Notes: generated by a model not told the origin, from the letters alone. Positions 42,201 through 52,374 are shown, counted from the first letter of the stretch. The stretch: DNA of 64,000 bases from Thermoproteota archaeon (GCA_027492035.1 JAOZFT010000015.1:1-64000), one strand, 5' to 3'. Translations and numbers: made by a program.

Positions 42201-42821
42201 ATGGTTAAAAGAGAAATTGAAGAGTTCAATATTCTAATTGCAGGTGTAGGGGGGCAGGGTAACCTTTTATCTTCAGAAATAATAGCCACAGCTGCTGTGA
42301 AATCAGGTTTCAAAGTAAGAGTTGCTGATGTTTTCGGCGCTGCCCAGAGGGGAGGAAGTGTATTGAGCCATATCAGAATAGGTGAAAAAATCTTTAGCCC
42401 CGTTATTCCTGAACAAAACGCTAATGTACTTCTCGGTTTTGAACCTGTAGAATGCTTGAGGGCCGCAAAGTTTCTTTCACCCACTTGCGTAGCCATCGTT
42501 AACTTAAGGCCTATATATCCAAGGGATGTAGCCTTAGGGAAATTTAAGTACCCGAGTATCGAGGAAATAATTAATTTATTGAGGGAATTAGCCAATAAAG
42601 TTTTATCTAAAGACTTTATCTCCGTAGCAGAGAAGGCAGGGGACCCCATGACATTAAATGTCACAATGGTTGGGGCTTTAGCCAGTTTAAAAACTTTACC
42701 GATTGAGAAAGAAACTTTGCTGGAAGCTGTTAAAGAAGTTGTTCCTCCAAAAACCAAAGAAATGAACATTAGGGCCTTCAAAATGGGTTATGATGAAACA
42801 CTTAAAATCTTAAAGCCTTAA
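42201..42821 (+). CDS. iorB: Indolepyruvate:ferredoxin oxidoreductase beta subunit
   Basis: GVGGQG, GAAQRGGSVLSHIRIG, FEPVE, NIRAF..G. Confidence 0.95.
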   Translation: MVKREIEEFNILIAGVGGQGNLLSSEIIATAAVKSGFKVRVADVFGAAQRGGSVLSHIRIGEKIFSPVIPEQNANVLLGFEPVECLRAAKFLSPTCVAIVNLRPIYPRDVALGKFKYPSIEEIINLLRELANKVLSKDFISVAEKAGDPMTLNVTMVGALASLKTLPIEKETLLEAVKEVVPPKTKEMNIRAFKMGYDETLKILKP

Positions 42822-42852
42822 GCCCTTTTTCGATTTTTTGGAGGCGCCTGAA

Positions 42853-44373
42853 TTGCTCATGAATGGAAGAGAATATATAGAAAGTTTAAAGAAACTAAAA
42901 CCCAAAATTTACTGTTTCGGTAAAAGGGTAGAAAGCGTAGTTAACCATCCAATGTTTAAACCTCACATAACCGCAGCTGCAATGACTTACGAGTTGGCAC
43001 ATGACCCAGAGTACAAAGAAATAATGACAGCTAAATCTCCTTTCATAAAAGACGTGGTTAATCGTTTCACTCACATACATCAATCAACTGATGATTTAGT
43101 TAAGAAAGTTAAAATGATGCGTCTCCTCGGCCAAAGAACAGGGACATGTTTCCAGAGATGCGTAGGGTTAGATGCATTAAATGCTCTTTATGTAGTAACT
43201 TATGAAATTGATAAGAAGCATGGAACAAACTACCATAAAAGATTTATTGAATATCTTAAACATGTACAAAGGAAAGATTTAATGCCTGCCGGTGCAATGA
43301 CGGACCCTAGAGGAGTAAGAAGCTTAACTCCGCATGAACAACCTGATCCAGACTTATATGTTCATGTTGTTGAAAAAAATAAAGACGGAATAATAGTAAG
43401 AGGAGCGAAATGCCAAATAACAGGTACCGTGAACTCGCATGAAATAATTGCTTTACCAACTAGAACTATGAGAAAAGAAGATTCAGACTATTCAGTTGCA
43501 TTCGCTGTTCCAGTGGATGAAAAAGGAATTACTTTAGTGTTTGCGAGGCAAACAAACGATACAAGGAGATTAGAAACTGAAATCGATGTAGGAAATGCTA
43601 AATATGGTGTAGTAGGAGGGGAAACCCTAATAATTTTCGATGATGTTTTTGTTCCATGGGAAAGGGTTTTTATGTGCGGCGAGCACGAACACAGCTTAGA
43701 ACTTGTTGAGGCCTTCAGCAGCCACCACAGATCAAACTACGGAGGCTGCAAAGTTGGAGTGGCTGACGTAGCTATAGGAGCCTGTAAATGGTTGGCTGAT
43801 GCATACGGGTTAAGTAAAGTGTACCATATAAGAGACAAGTTAAGTGAAATGGTTCATTTAGCTGAAACATGTTGGAGCTGTTCTCTTGCATGTGCCTATG
43901 AGGGATATAAAACCAACTCCGGAGCCTACATGGTTAACACCTTGCTGGCGAACGTTGTCAAATTAAACATTACAAGAATGGTTTATGAATGGATGAGACT
44001 TGCTCAAGATATTACAGGTGGAACGGTGATAACTCTACCTTCTGAATTAGACTATAACCATCCTGAAATAGGGAAGTATATAGATAAGTTTTATCAAGTT
44101 AAAGAAGGGATTCCCACTGAGTACAGGCTTAGAATGACAAGGCTTGTTGAAAACATAGCTGTGGGTGCTGGTTTACCTGAGTCACTTCACGGCGCAGGAT
44201 CTCCCGGGGCGCAAAAAGTCATGATTGAAAGAAGAACAAATTTAGAAGAAAAAAAATCCTTTGCAGAAGTGATTGCAGGCATAAAGGGTGATAAGTACTT
44301 CAGAAAGATATGGGGAGTTTCTGAAGATGAATTTTTCGCTAAATTCCGTAAGAAAAGGAAGGAAAAGACGTAA
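42853..44373 (+). CDS. abfD: 4-hydroxybutyryl-CoA dehydratase ([4Fe-4S]/FAD)
   Basis: HQSTDDL.KKVKM.RLLGQ, CFQRCVG and HRSNYGGCKVG (three Cys + His cluster ligands), ESLHGAGSP; likely start TTG 42853 after GGAGG. Confidence 0.93.
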   Translation: MLMNGREYIESLKKLKPKIYCFGKRVESVVNHPMFKPHITAAAMTYELAHDPEYKEIMTAKSPFIKDVVNRFTHIHQSTDDLVKKVKMMRLLGQRTGTCFQRCVGLDALNALYVVTYEIDKKHGTNYHKRFIEYLKHVQRKDLMPAGAMTDPRGVRSLTPHEQPDPDLYVHVVEKNKDGIIVRGAKCQITGTVNSHEIIALPTRTMRKEDSDYSVAFAVPVDEKGITLVFARQTNDTRRLETEIDVGNAKYGVVGGETLIIFDDVFVPWERVFMCGEHEHSLELVEAFSSHHRSNYGGCKVGVADVAIGACKWLADAYGLSKVYHIRDKLSEMVHLAETCWSCSLACAYEGYKTNSGAYMVNTLLANVVKLNITRMVYEWMRLAQDITGGTVITLPSELDYNHPEIGKYIDKFYQVKEGIPTEYRLRMTRLVENIAVGAGLPESLHGAGSPGAQKVMIERRTNLEEKKSFAEVIAGIKGDKYFRKIWGVSEDEFFAKFRKKRKEKT

Positions 44374-44400
44374 CTTTCTCCTAAAAAATGTGATCGTAAA

Positions 44401-45786
44401 GTGACGCATTACAACCAGTTACTGCAGCAAGAAATAAGGAAATATAGGGAGAAAACAAGGAAATCAAGGAATCTTAATAACTTAGCACGGAGTCTCCTCC
44501 CGGGAGGAGACACAAGAACCGTAACTTACTTTAAACCTTATCCTCTTTATGTGAGAGAGGGATCAGGATACTTGGTTTGTGATGTTGACGGTAACAAATA
44601 CATTGATTTCCTTAACAACTACACTTCACTGGTGCACGGCCACCGTCACCCTAAAATTGTTGAGGCAATCAATAACCAACTTACCCATTTACAAGCAGTT
44701 CATGCCCCCACAGAAAAACAAATCGAGCTTGCTAAATTGATTTGTGAAAGATTTCCTTCAGTTGAAATGGTTAGGTTTATGAATTCAGGTACTGAAGCTA
44801 CAATGAACGCTATAAGACTTGCAAGAGCTTATACAGGGAAAAAGAAAATAATGAAAGCTGAGGGGGGTTACCATGGAACCCATGACTTTGCAATGATAAG
44901 TGTGCATCCTCCTTCGGAGAAGTATGGCTCTCTAAACAACCCTGAATCTGTTCCAGAGGATAAAGGGATACCTAAAGCTGTACTCAAAAACGTTATAGTC
45001 TTCCCCTTCAACAATTTCGAAGTCACTGAGAAATTAATAAAGAGAAACAAGGAAGAGTTGGCAGCTTTAATAGTTGAACCTATAATGGGAACAGCAGGCA
45101 TAATACCACCTGTAAAAGATTATTTAAAATTTCTCAGAGAAATAACAATTGACAATGACGTTTTATTGGTTTTCGATGAAGTAATTACTGCCAGACTAAG
45201 TAAGGGAGGTGCTCAGGAATATTTTAAGGTAGAACCTGACTTAACAGCCTCAGGGAAAATGTTCGGTGGCGGAACCCCTATTGGCTTAGTTGGAGGAAAG
45301 GAAGAAATTATGCAACTTTACTCCCCTGAGAGGAAAGAATTCTTATCTCAATCAGGAACTTTTAACGCAAACCCTGTAACCATGGCCGCAGGTGTTGCAA
45401 CACTTAAACTGTTAACAACCCAAGCTATAAAGAAAATAAACTCTTTAGGAGGATTCTTAAAGAAAAGAATTTCCAACTTATTTAGTGAATTTAGTGTTCA
45501 AATTAAGGTTACAGGTGTAGGCTCCCTCTTAAATATTCATTTCACAAATAAAGAAGTTTTAGATTACAGGAGTTCCTTAACAGCTGACAAGGATCTCCAC
45601 TTCCTACTTTACTTATCTTTACTCAACAGGGGAATCTGGATAGCCCCAAGATTAATGGCTAACATTTCCACTCCCATGTCTAACAGGGAAACTGAAAAAT
45701 TCCTTAAAACTTTAGGGGAAGTCTTAGTTTCTATTAAACCTGCAATTGAAGAGAAAGCTCCCCACTTAATAAACAAAGAAATGTAG
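44401..45786 (+). CDS. Class III PLP aminotransferase (GSA-aminomutase-like)
   Basis: DVDGNKYIDF, NSGTEA, GGYHG, FDEVIT, SGKMFGGG, SGTFNANP. Confidence 0.9.
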   Translation: MTHYNQLLQQEIRKYREKTRKSRNLNNLARSLLPGGDTRTVTYFKPYPLYVREGSGYLVCDVDGNKYIDFLNNYTSLVHGHRHPKIVEAINNQLTHLQAVHAPTEKQIELAKLICERFPSVEMVRFMNSGTEATMNAIRLARAYTGKKKIMKAEGGYHGTHDFAMISVHPPSEKYGSLNNPESVPEDKGIPKAVLKNVIVFPFNNFEVTEKLIKRNKEELAALIVEPIMGTAGIIPPVKDYLKFLREITIDNDVLLVFDEVITARLSKGGAQEYFKVEPDLTASGKMFGGGTPIGLVGGKEEIMQLYSPERKEFLSQSGTFNANPVTMAAGVATLKLLTTQAIKKINSLGGFLKKRISNLFSEFSVQIKVTGVGSLLNIHFTNKEVLDYRSSLTADKDLHFLLYLSLLNRGIWIAPRLMANISTPMSNRETEKFLKTLGEVLVSIKPAIEEKAPHLINKEM

Positions 45787-45859
45787 AACGGAATTTTTAA
45801 CTAATTTATTTTCTTTTCTCAACGTCTTACTTGCTTTTTAATTCCTTCCCTTCCTATTT

Positions 45860-46762
45860 TTAGGATATTCTGTATCTGGGATGGCTTTTTGGAAGTTTAA
45901 TCTTTTCCTCTATTAACAATTGGCCGAAGGAAGCATCTACCAAACTTATTGCTGGGAACATGTATTCTGCGTCTCTTAATGGGCCGTACAATATGAAATC
46001 AGCTCCTAAAGCTGTGGGAAGTATACATGAAGAAGCTGTAGAAGCTATTACTCCTTCTTGGCTTATTTTCTTCTTCAACCCTTTCCACTGACTTACTGCA
46101 TTATGGGCTCCGCAGCCGGCTGGAACACCGAATTTATCCTTTATTTCAAATAAAGCCTTTGTAGCCATTCCAAGAGTTGGTATGTCCAGTACTGTTGTGT
46201 CTACCAGAATGTTTTCTAATCCAAGTTCCTCAGCCTTCTTTATTAATTCCCCAGCTACTTCAACTCTTCCTTTTGAGGAAATTATTGCTTTCATTCCGTA
46301 AGTTAGTAACACTGCACTTTTTAAACCAACCTCTTTCACTTTGTTTAAAACAACTTCTTTTGTTTCTGGAGTTATTGAGTTCAGAATTATTCTAGACAAC
46401 AAACCTGTTTCGTTTGAATACTCTAACCCTTCAACCATTGTTTCATTACTTAATCCATCTAAAAGCAAAGGAACATCTGAATTGTTAGCTGTGAAATCTA
46501 AAAATTTTTTCATAGCCTCAGGAGTTGTCCCTACAACATCCAGCATTAAAGGTAAACCTGTTAAATCAGACATTTCCAAGGCTTTACTTAACTCTTCCCC
46601 GGCTTCTTCTTCATTAAACACTCCCTTGTCAGGGTCATTAACTACCCTATGTCCTCTGTAAAAGATACTTCCTATTAACACTGTCGGATTCTCCCCAGGA
46701 TTTCCCCCCAACTTGATGCCTCCTATTTCAACAATTTTTTGTTTAGCTTTAAATTTCCACAT
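45860..46762 (-). CDS. mtrH: Stand-alone MtrH/MtgA-type methylcorrinoid:H4MPT(or THF) methyltransferase
   Basis: GGNPGENPTVLIGSIFY.GH, GVF, GCGAHNA, GADFILYGP; no other mtr subunits nearby. Confidence 0.9.
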   Translation of the reverse strand: MWKFKAKQKIVEIGGIKLGGNPGENPTVLIGSIFYRGHRVVNDPDKGVFNEEEAGEELSKALEMSDLTGLPLMLDVVGTTPEAMKKFLDFTANNSDVPLLLDGLSNETMVEGLEYSNETGLLSRIILNSITPETKEVVLNKVKEVGLKSAVLLTYGMKAIISSKGRVEVAGELIKKAEELGLENILVDTTVLDIPTLGMATKALFEIKDKFGVPAGCGAHNAVSQWKGLKKKISQEGVIASTASSCILPTALGADFILYGPLRDAEYMFPAISLVDASFGQLLIEEKIKLPKSHPRYRIS

Positions 46763-46902
46763 CCAAAAACCCCTCTTCTACTCTTTCACTAAGTGAAGGA
46801 GAAAGTAAAGATTGAACCTAAAAAAACAAATACAGTTCTTTTTTTAGAAAAACTTTAGGAAGGTGCTGTTGCGAAAAAAGGTAAAAAAGCTAAAGAATTA
46901 AT

Positions 46903-48360
46903 TTAGTGAACAACTTCTTTAGCTGCACTTTTGATCACTTTGTCTATTTCATCTACTACATCCTTGGGTAAAGGTGTAACTTCGTGTTCCTTCAATATTT
47001 TTCTGGCTTTCTCTCTAGCCTTCTTCGTCAAGTCTTTGCCTCCTTCACTTATCCACTTCCTCCAAGAGGATTTGCTTAATAGATCAGTTAGGTAATGTTC
47101 CTGTTTAAAAAGTTTCCTTGTGTGTTTAAGGCTTAAATAACTTCCTGCATGACCTGCTTCCTTTATAGCTTCAACTGCTAAAGTTTCTTCATTTACTTCA
47201 ACTCCCTGCAACAATCTTTTAATCATCCCTATTAATTCATCACAAATCACAATGAAATCAGCGCTGCACAGCAAACCTGAGTCCATGTAGCCTATATCAT
47301 GGATAAGGTTTTGGCCACTTAAAGCAGCTGCTGCTATATAAAGCGCCGCTTCAGCAGCTGCTTGTGCATCAGTTAATTTAGAATCTGTACACCCTGTAGT
47401 TCCCCAAAGGGGAATATCGTAGTAGTGAGACATCTGGGCGAGCATGACAGCCATCAATAAAGTTGACGCTGTTGTATAAGAAGTTACAGCGTATTTCATA
47501 TCTAGAACCAAAGGCACCCCACCGTAAATGAAGGGGGTACCTGGGTTTAACAATTGAATTATAACGTTTCCTCCCAAGGATTCGGCGCTTGTTTGAACCA
47601 CTGAACCTGCAAGAGTGACAGGGGCAGTTGCCCCGCTTTGTGTGCAAGGGGCCCAAACAATTGGCAATCCCTTCTTAACCCATTCAAATAATGCCTCAAT
47701 GTAATCCCTGCCGAAAATTAATGGGGATTGTGGTTCATCGTATAAGGTAACTATTGGTTTCCTTCTCAGTTCTTCTTCACCCCCGGCTACGAGTTCAGCT
47801 ATTTTTATTTGCAGTTTCGTTAACTCTGCACCATGGTAACTGTACATTACAAAATGTTTTTCGGTATTAAGCAGTACAGCTTTTTCTTCATATAACCCCA
47901 TTAAGCCAGAAGGAGCGTCGCTAGCTGTACCTGAACCCATTGCAAAGTCAATATTTTCTAATGCATCCCCTAACCTAGTTAGTTCCTCCATGTCCTTGAA
48001 TGTGCACCTTCTCCTTTCACCTGTTTCAAGGTCTAAAACATAGGTTTGACCGCTTCCTGTACCAAAATATGTCCTTAACCCTTCAAGAACAAAGTCGTAT
48101 TTTGGGTTCCTACCGTATAACCTAATTGTTTTGGGGGCCTTTTTAATTGATTCTTCAACTAAGTACTGAGGTATCTTAGCGATTTTAGTTTTAAAATCAA
48201 CGTCAGCTCCTGCATCCTTAAGGAGTTTTAAAGCCCCTTCATGTTCAATTTTTATTCCGTGCTGTTCCAGAACTTTCAACACTGCCAAATGTATATCGTA
48301 TATTTGGTCATTAGTTAAAATTTTGAGCTGCCCCCCCTTTAATCCACCCCTCATTCTCAT
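46903..48360 (-). CDS. mttB: MttB-superfamily methyltransferase, pyrrolysine-free (copy 2)
   Basis: GATAPVTLAGS, PGTPFIYG, TDSKLTDAQA, NLIHDIGY; Cys (47389-47391) at the Pyl-equivalent site. Confidence 0.92.
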   Translation of the reverse strand: MRMRGGLKGGQLKILTNDQIYDIHLAVLKVLEQHGIKIEHEGALKLLKDAGADVDFKTKIAKIPQYLVEESIKKAPKTIRLYGRNPKYDFVLEGLRTYFGTGSGQTYVLDLETGERRRCTFKDMEELTRLGDALENIDFAMGSGTASDAPSGLMGLYEEKAVLLNTEKHFVMYSYHGAELTKLQIKIAELVAGGEEELRRKPIVTLYDEPQSPLIFGRDYIEALFEWVKKGLPIVWAPCTQSGATAPVTLAGSVVQTSAESLGGNVIIQLLNPGTPFIYGGVPLVLDMKYAVTSYTTASTLLMAVMLAQMSHYYDIPLWGTTGCTDSKLTDAQAAAEAALYIAAAALSGQNLIHDIGYMDSGLLCSADFIVICDELIGMIKRLLQGVEVNEETLAVEAIKEAGHAGSYLSLKHTRKLFKQEHYLTDLLSKSSWRKWISEGGKDLTKKAREKARKILKEHEVTPLPKDVVDEIDKVIKSAAKEVVH

Positions 48361-49013
48361 CCCTTCCCAATTAACCTTTTAGCTACTTCAACTGCTTCTG
48401 TAGCATCTGCTCCATGTCCATCAGCCCCTATTTCCTCAGCCCATTCAGGACTTGTAGGGGCTCCTCCAACTATAACTTTGTACTTATCCCTTAACCCCCT
48501 CTTTTTAAGTTCCTCGATGAGTTTCTTCTGGACAGGCATTGTAGTGGTTAATAATGCAGAGGCACCTATTATGTCAGCACCGTTTTCTTCAGCTGCTTTA
48601 ATGAAGTTTTCAGGAGGTTGGTCGTTGCCTATCTGAATCACCCTGAAACCTGCTGCCTGAAGCATTGAAGCAACTATCCTCTGCCCTATATCATGTATAT
48701 CCCCCTCAACTGTACCTATCACAATTGTTCCTACGTATTCAGCTTTCTCCTTTGATTTCTCCAATGCAGGCCTCAAAACAGTCATAACACTGTTCATAAC
48801 CTCAGCTGACCCAACTAAATCCATCAAAAATATTTCTCCCCTCCCAAACTTATCCCCTATCTCTTTCAATTTTTTTGATAATGCATTCACAAGTTCAACA
48901 GGGCTCATGCCACGTTTTTCAAGTAATTCCTTAGCTAACTCGTCAGCACCCTCCGGTTCAGCTTCATCAAGTCTCTTCAACAACTCGTTAAGCACATCTT
49001 CTTTAGTGGACAC
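48357..49013 (-). CDS. Corrinoid (B12-binding) methyltransferase cognate protein
   Basis: GTVEGDIHDIG (DxHxxG), SALLTTT, VGGAP..IGADG; overlaps mttB by 4 bp. Confidence 0.93.
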   Translation of the reverse strand: MSTKEDVLNELLKRLDEAEPEGADELAKELLEKRGMSPVELVNALSKKLKEIGDKFGRGEIFLMDLVGSAEVMNSVMTVLRPALEKSKEKAEYVGTIVIGTVEGDIHDIGQRIVASMLQAAGFRVIQIGNDQPPENFIKAAEENGADIIGASALLTTTMPVQKKLIEELKKRGLRDKYKVIVGGAPTSPEWAEEIGADGHGADATEAVEVAKRLIGKG

Positions 49014-49209
49014 AAGTTTACACCTCCCAGTATTTTTAAAACAAAAGGAAGCTTTTTCTATTATAAATTTTTCTATTTTATTGATTTATTTAGAAAAATT
49101 GTAAGGAAAAATAAGGAATATTTTGAAAAATGAAACACAAATAACCCTAATCTAACCTTGCTTTCCATATGATAAAACTTTTAAACTTGAAAAATTTGGG
49201 TTAGATTAT

Positions 49210-49965
49210 TCATAAATAAATTCTTGTCGGGTCCAGTTCCCTTAAAACCCTAATTTCAGCTTTTTTTGGTTCAGGAGTTGTCTTAAGCTCCTCTGAAACT
49301 TTTAGCTTCCACCCTGTATTTTCTTGCACTTCTTCAAGTGTCACTTTCGGATGAAGTTTTTCTACAACCAATTCCCCGTATCTATTGTGAAGAGATAACA
49401 CGCATAAATCAGTTATTACTTTTATTTCTCTCACTTCTTTATTTGTCTCTAAACTTTCCTCTTCTTTTTTCAGCTGTTTCCCTGGACTCGTTAAGAAATC
49501 AAGCTTGTTAACAAATCTCCTTTTTTGATGAGGCGTAATTATTAATATTTTCTTCACCAAATGAGCTATGTCGCAGGCTCCTCCACTTCCAGGCAATCTA
49601 ACTTTTGGTTTCCTGTAATCCCCTATCACAGTTGTGTTTATGTTTCCAAACTTATCAATTTGTGCCCCTCCTAAAAAACCAACATCCACACGTCCAGGTT
49701 GAAGGTAGTAACCGAAGACTTCAAACATGGAACAGACACTTTCTGAATTGGTCACTATGCAAGGGTCTCCTATTGAAAGAGGAAGTCTTGAAGGCTTAGC
49801 CCCTACTACTCCTGATTCATAGATCATTACCAACTTAGGGGCGTGAAGCCTTTTAGCTAAGTTACATGCAAGGTTGGGTAAACCCACCCCCACCAAAACT
49901 GTTTCTCCGTTTCTAAGTTCTCTTGCGGCTGTAACAACCATTAATTCGTTTCTGCCGTAATCCAT
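49210..49965 (-). CDS. CoA-transferase subunit B (GctB/CatJ type)
   Basis: VGVGLP, IYESG (catalytic Glu), GGAQIDKFGNINTT, RLPGSGGA. Confidence 0.9.
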   Translation of the reverse strand: MDYGRNELMVVTAARELRNGETVLVGVGLPNLACNLAKRLHAPKLVMIYESGVVGAKPSRLPLSIGDPCIVTNSESVCSMFEVFGYYLQPGRVDVGFLGGAQIDKFGNINTTVIGDYRKPKVRLPGSGGACDIAHLVKKILIITPHQKRRFVNKLDFLTSPGKQLKKEEESLETNKEVREIKVITDLCVLSLHNRYGELVVEKLHPKVTLEEVQENTGWKLKVSEELKTTPEPKKAEIRVLRELDPTRIYL

Positions 49966-49978
49966 TTTTCCTTCACCT

Positions 49979-50893
49979 TTAGAGATAGAGCCCGTAATCG
50001 ACCGGTAAACTATAGAATCTCTTAGGTTGAAGTTTCATTATTTTTTCAACACCTAACTTTTTCACGTATTCCCTCCTATCATTCACACTGTAAACCCATT
50101 CCTCCAGATATTTTTCCACTAATTCAGGTTCTCTTGAAATCTTATCCCATTCTAGATAGAAGTCATTGTCTCTGTCGTAGTACCCTTGGACATAGGATGG
50201 ATGAGCTGCCCATGGTTCCTCCACAACCGCATCAACCACTAAATTGTGTATTAGTGTCCTGTTAGGGTCTCTCCTAATAACAGCTTCATCAACTATTTCT
50301 TCAACACTTAAAATTACCTTTTTCGCTGCGTATGCTGCTTCTTTTTGGTCACCTATTATGCCCCAAATTTGAGCATTCCCCTCCTTATCTGATCTCTGGG
50401 CATGAACGATTGCAACATCCGGTTTTAAAGCAGGTACGACACTTACTTTTTCATGCGTAAACGGACACTTAATAAACTTAATGTTTGGGTTGACTTTCGG
50501 TAAATCTGAGTAAATGTTTGACCTTAAAGGGATGAAAGGTAAATTCAGAGCTCCAGCATGGATTCTTGCCACCATACCAAAGTGGGTGTACTCCTCAATT
50601 TCTATTTTGTTAGGTACACCCTGCTCAACTGCTCTTCTGAAACATCTTAAAGAACCTACTCCAGGGTTTCCAGCCCAGCTGAAAACAACCTTTTGTGCAC
50701 AGCCGGCTGCGATCATTTGGTCAAGGATCAAGTCTGGAGTCGGTCTGCAAAGTGTTAATCTCTTCTTTTTTTGCCTAATTATTTCATGGCCTGCTGAAAA
50801 GTTTATGAGGTGGGTAAAACCTGCAATGTAGACAACGTCTCCGTCTTTAACAAACTTCTTTATTGCTTCCTTCATGTCCATGACTTTATCCAT
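49979..50893 (-). CDS. CoA-transferase subunit A (GctA/CatI type)
   Basis: GFTHLI..AGHEIIRQ, TPDL, SWAGNPGVGSL, HAQRSD..GN, HPSY. Confidence 0.9.
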   Translation of the reverse strand: MDKVMDMKEAIKKFVKDGDVVYIAGFTHLINFSAGHEIIRQKKKRLTLCRPTPDLILDQMIAAGCAQKVVFSWAGNPGVGSLRCFRRAVEQGVPNKIEIEEYTHFGMVARIHAGALNLPFIPLRSNIYSDLPKVNPNIKFIKCPFTHEKVSVVPALKPDVAIVHAQRSDKEGNAQIWGIIGDQKEAAYAAKKVILSVEEIVDEAVIRRDPNRTLIHNLVVDAVVEEPWAAHPSYVQGYYDRDNDFYLEWDKISREPELVEKYLEEWVYSVNDRREYVKKLGVEKIMKLQPKRFYSLPVDYGLYL

Positions 50894-51326
50894 TCAAATC
50901 TTCCTCTTGAGGCTTAAACTTGAAACCGTATCTAATGACCCCTTCGTCTTCATAGATTCTTCTAAGTACTGCCTTAACCCTCATTCCTATTTTTACTTCT
51001 CCAGGCTTACAATCCGTTAATTGAGCAACTATCCTAGGTCCTTCATCTAAGTCAACCAATGCAACAACGTATGTGCCCCCATATTTTTCTTGTTTAGAGA
51101 ATTCAGGGGGGGCAGCTGCAGCTGATATTACAGTGTAAGAGTATATTGTTCCTTTCCCACTTAACTTAACTTTTTCAAAATCAAGGGATTCCTTACAGTT
51201 CTTACATACTCCTTTAGGGGGAAAATTTATCCATCCACACTTTTTACATCTTAATCCTACTAGCCCATACCTTTGAGGAATTGTTCTTTTATAGAGCGGA
51301 ACCGAAACATAGGCCAAAAAAGACAC
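50886..51326 (-). CDS. DUF35 Zn-ribbon/OB-fold protein (thiolase partner)
   Basis: CKKCG..FPPK..CKNC, GTIYSYT, VALVDLDEG, YGFKF. Confidence 0.92.
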   Translation of the reverse strand: MSFLAYVSVPLYKRTIPQRYGLVGLRCKKCGWINFPPKGVCKNCKESLDFEKVKLSGKGTIYSYTVISAAAAPPEFSKQEKYGGTYVVALVDLDEGPRIVAQLTDCKPGEVKIGMRVKAVLRRIYEDEGVIRYGFKFKPQEEDLNG

Positions 51327-51348
51327 CTCCCTAAATTTCTTGAATACC

Positions 51349-52359
51349 CTAAACTATTGCTTCCTTAAGTTTCAAATACGTCAAGTAATCTATATACTCC
51401 TTATTGTTTAAAGCAGAAGAGACTTTTCCCTTATTCACCGGTTCTTGGGTCACTTTGAAACTTAAAGCGTCACTTCCTGCACCGGACCCATACGAAACTA
51501 TAAGTATCTTTTCTTCAGGTTTAGCCTCCTCCAAAACTTTTGAAAAACTTATTAAAGTGGAACAAGTCCCTACATCCCCAAGTAATGGAGCAAGTAAACC
51601 TGCTGTTAACTGGTCTTTTGCGAAACCTAGTTTCAATGCAGCCCTTAACGGATCCCTGCCATTAAACTGTTGAACAATGAAATGGTTGTAATCTGAAGGC
51701 ATCCTACCTAATTTATCAAGTAAAACTTTCAAGCTTCCATTTACGTTTTCCATGAATGAAGTGAAGCAGTATCCCTTCAACCCTAAATCTTCAACTTTTG
51801 ACGAATTTTTTGGTTTAAACCTTTCACCTGGAACCTCAGAAACATAGGTCGAAGCCCCTTCAAATTCTGCAATTACATTTTGGAAACCTAACAGTAGAGA
51901 AGTTGCGGAAGAACCGAATCCATGCTCCAAGTCATTTTGCATATTTGTTGAAGGAGAATCGGAAGCAACCACTAAACCTAAACCTTCACCCATTGACTTT
52001 AAGTAACTTAAACATGAAATTAAAGCTTCAGTACCTGAACGTGTTGAGGATAAATGTTCAGAAACAAAAATGTTTTTGTTCAAGCCAAGTCCCTCAATTA
52101 AAAAACTTGATAGCAGTTTTTCAGTGTATGGGGGGGTGGTGGAGGCGAAACTTAACACTTTTATGTCCCTTAAATCAACTCCTTCAATTGCTTGCTCAGC
52201 TGACCCTAAACCCATGGACATCACATCTTCATCTAAGTCTGCAACTGCTTTCTCCTTAACCCCTCTTGCTGAAAACCTCCCCCAAACCTTGATGTATTCT
52301 TCTGCCTTTATCCTATACTTAGGGACATAAACTCCATAGTTAACTACACCTAAAACCAT
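51349..52359 (-). CDS. HMG-CoA-synthase-like protein lacking catalytic residues
   Basis: YGVYVPKYRI, EKAVADLDED, SYGSGAGSDA fold motifs present; the catalytic A-C-K motif reads S-T-R and the H of HQPN reads Q. Confidence 0.8.
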   Translation of the reverse strand: MVLGVVNYGVYVPKYRIKAEEYIKVWGRFSARGVKEKAVADLDEDVMSMGLGSAEQAIEGVDLRDIKVLSFASTTPPYTEKLLSSFLIEGLGLNKNIFVSEHLSSTRSGTEALISCLSYLKSMGEGLGLVVASDSPSTNMQNDLEHGFGSSATSLLLGFQNVIAEFEGASTYVSEVPGERFKPKNSSKVEDLGLKGYCFTSFMENVNGSLKVLLDKLGRMPSDYNHFIVQQFNGRDPLRAALKLGFAKDQLTAGLLAPLLGDVGTCSTLISFSKVLEEAKPEEKILIVSYGSGAGSDALSFKVTQEPVNKGKVSSALNNKEYIDYLTYLKLKEAIV

Positions 52360-52374
52360 CCCTTTCCACCTTTC

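Noticed and set aside
42853-44373. 4-hydroxyphenylacetate 3-monooxygenase, or a marker of autotrophic 4HB cycles
   Set aside because: The Fe-S ligands of AbfD are intact, and the context is catabolic with no carboxylase or other cycle genes.
20809-45786. hemL assignment for the two GSA-aminomutase-like genes
   Set aside because: No tetrapyrrole genes adjacent, the HemL N-terminal GGVNSPVR motif is absent, and both sit in catabolic operons.
45860-46762. Evidence of methanogenesis or a membrane Mtr complex
   Set aside because: Only mtrH is present; no mtrA-G, mtaA/mtbA or mcr in the window. The rest of the genome is unseen.
51349-52359. Functional mevalonate-pathway HMG-CoA synthase
   Set aside because: Catalytic Cys, His and Glu equivalents are missing.
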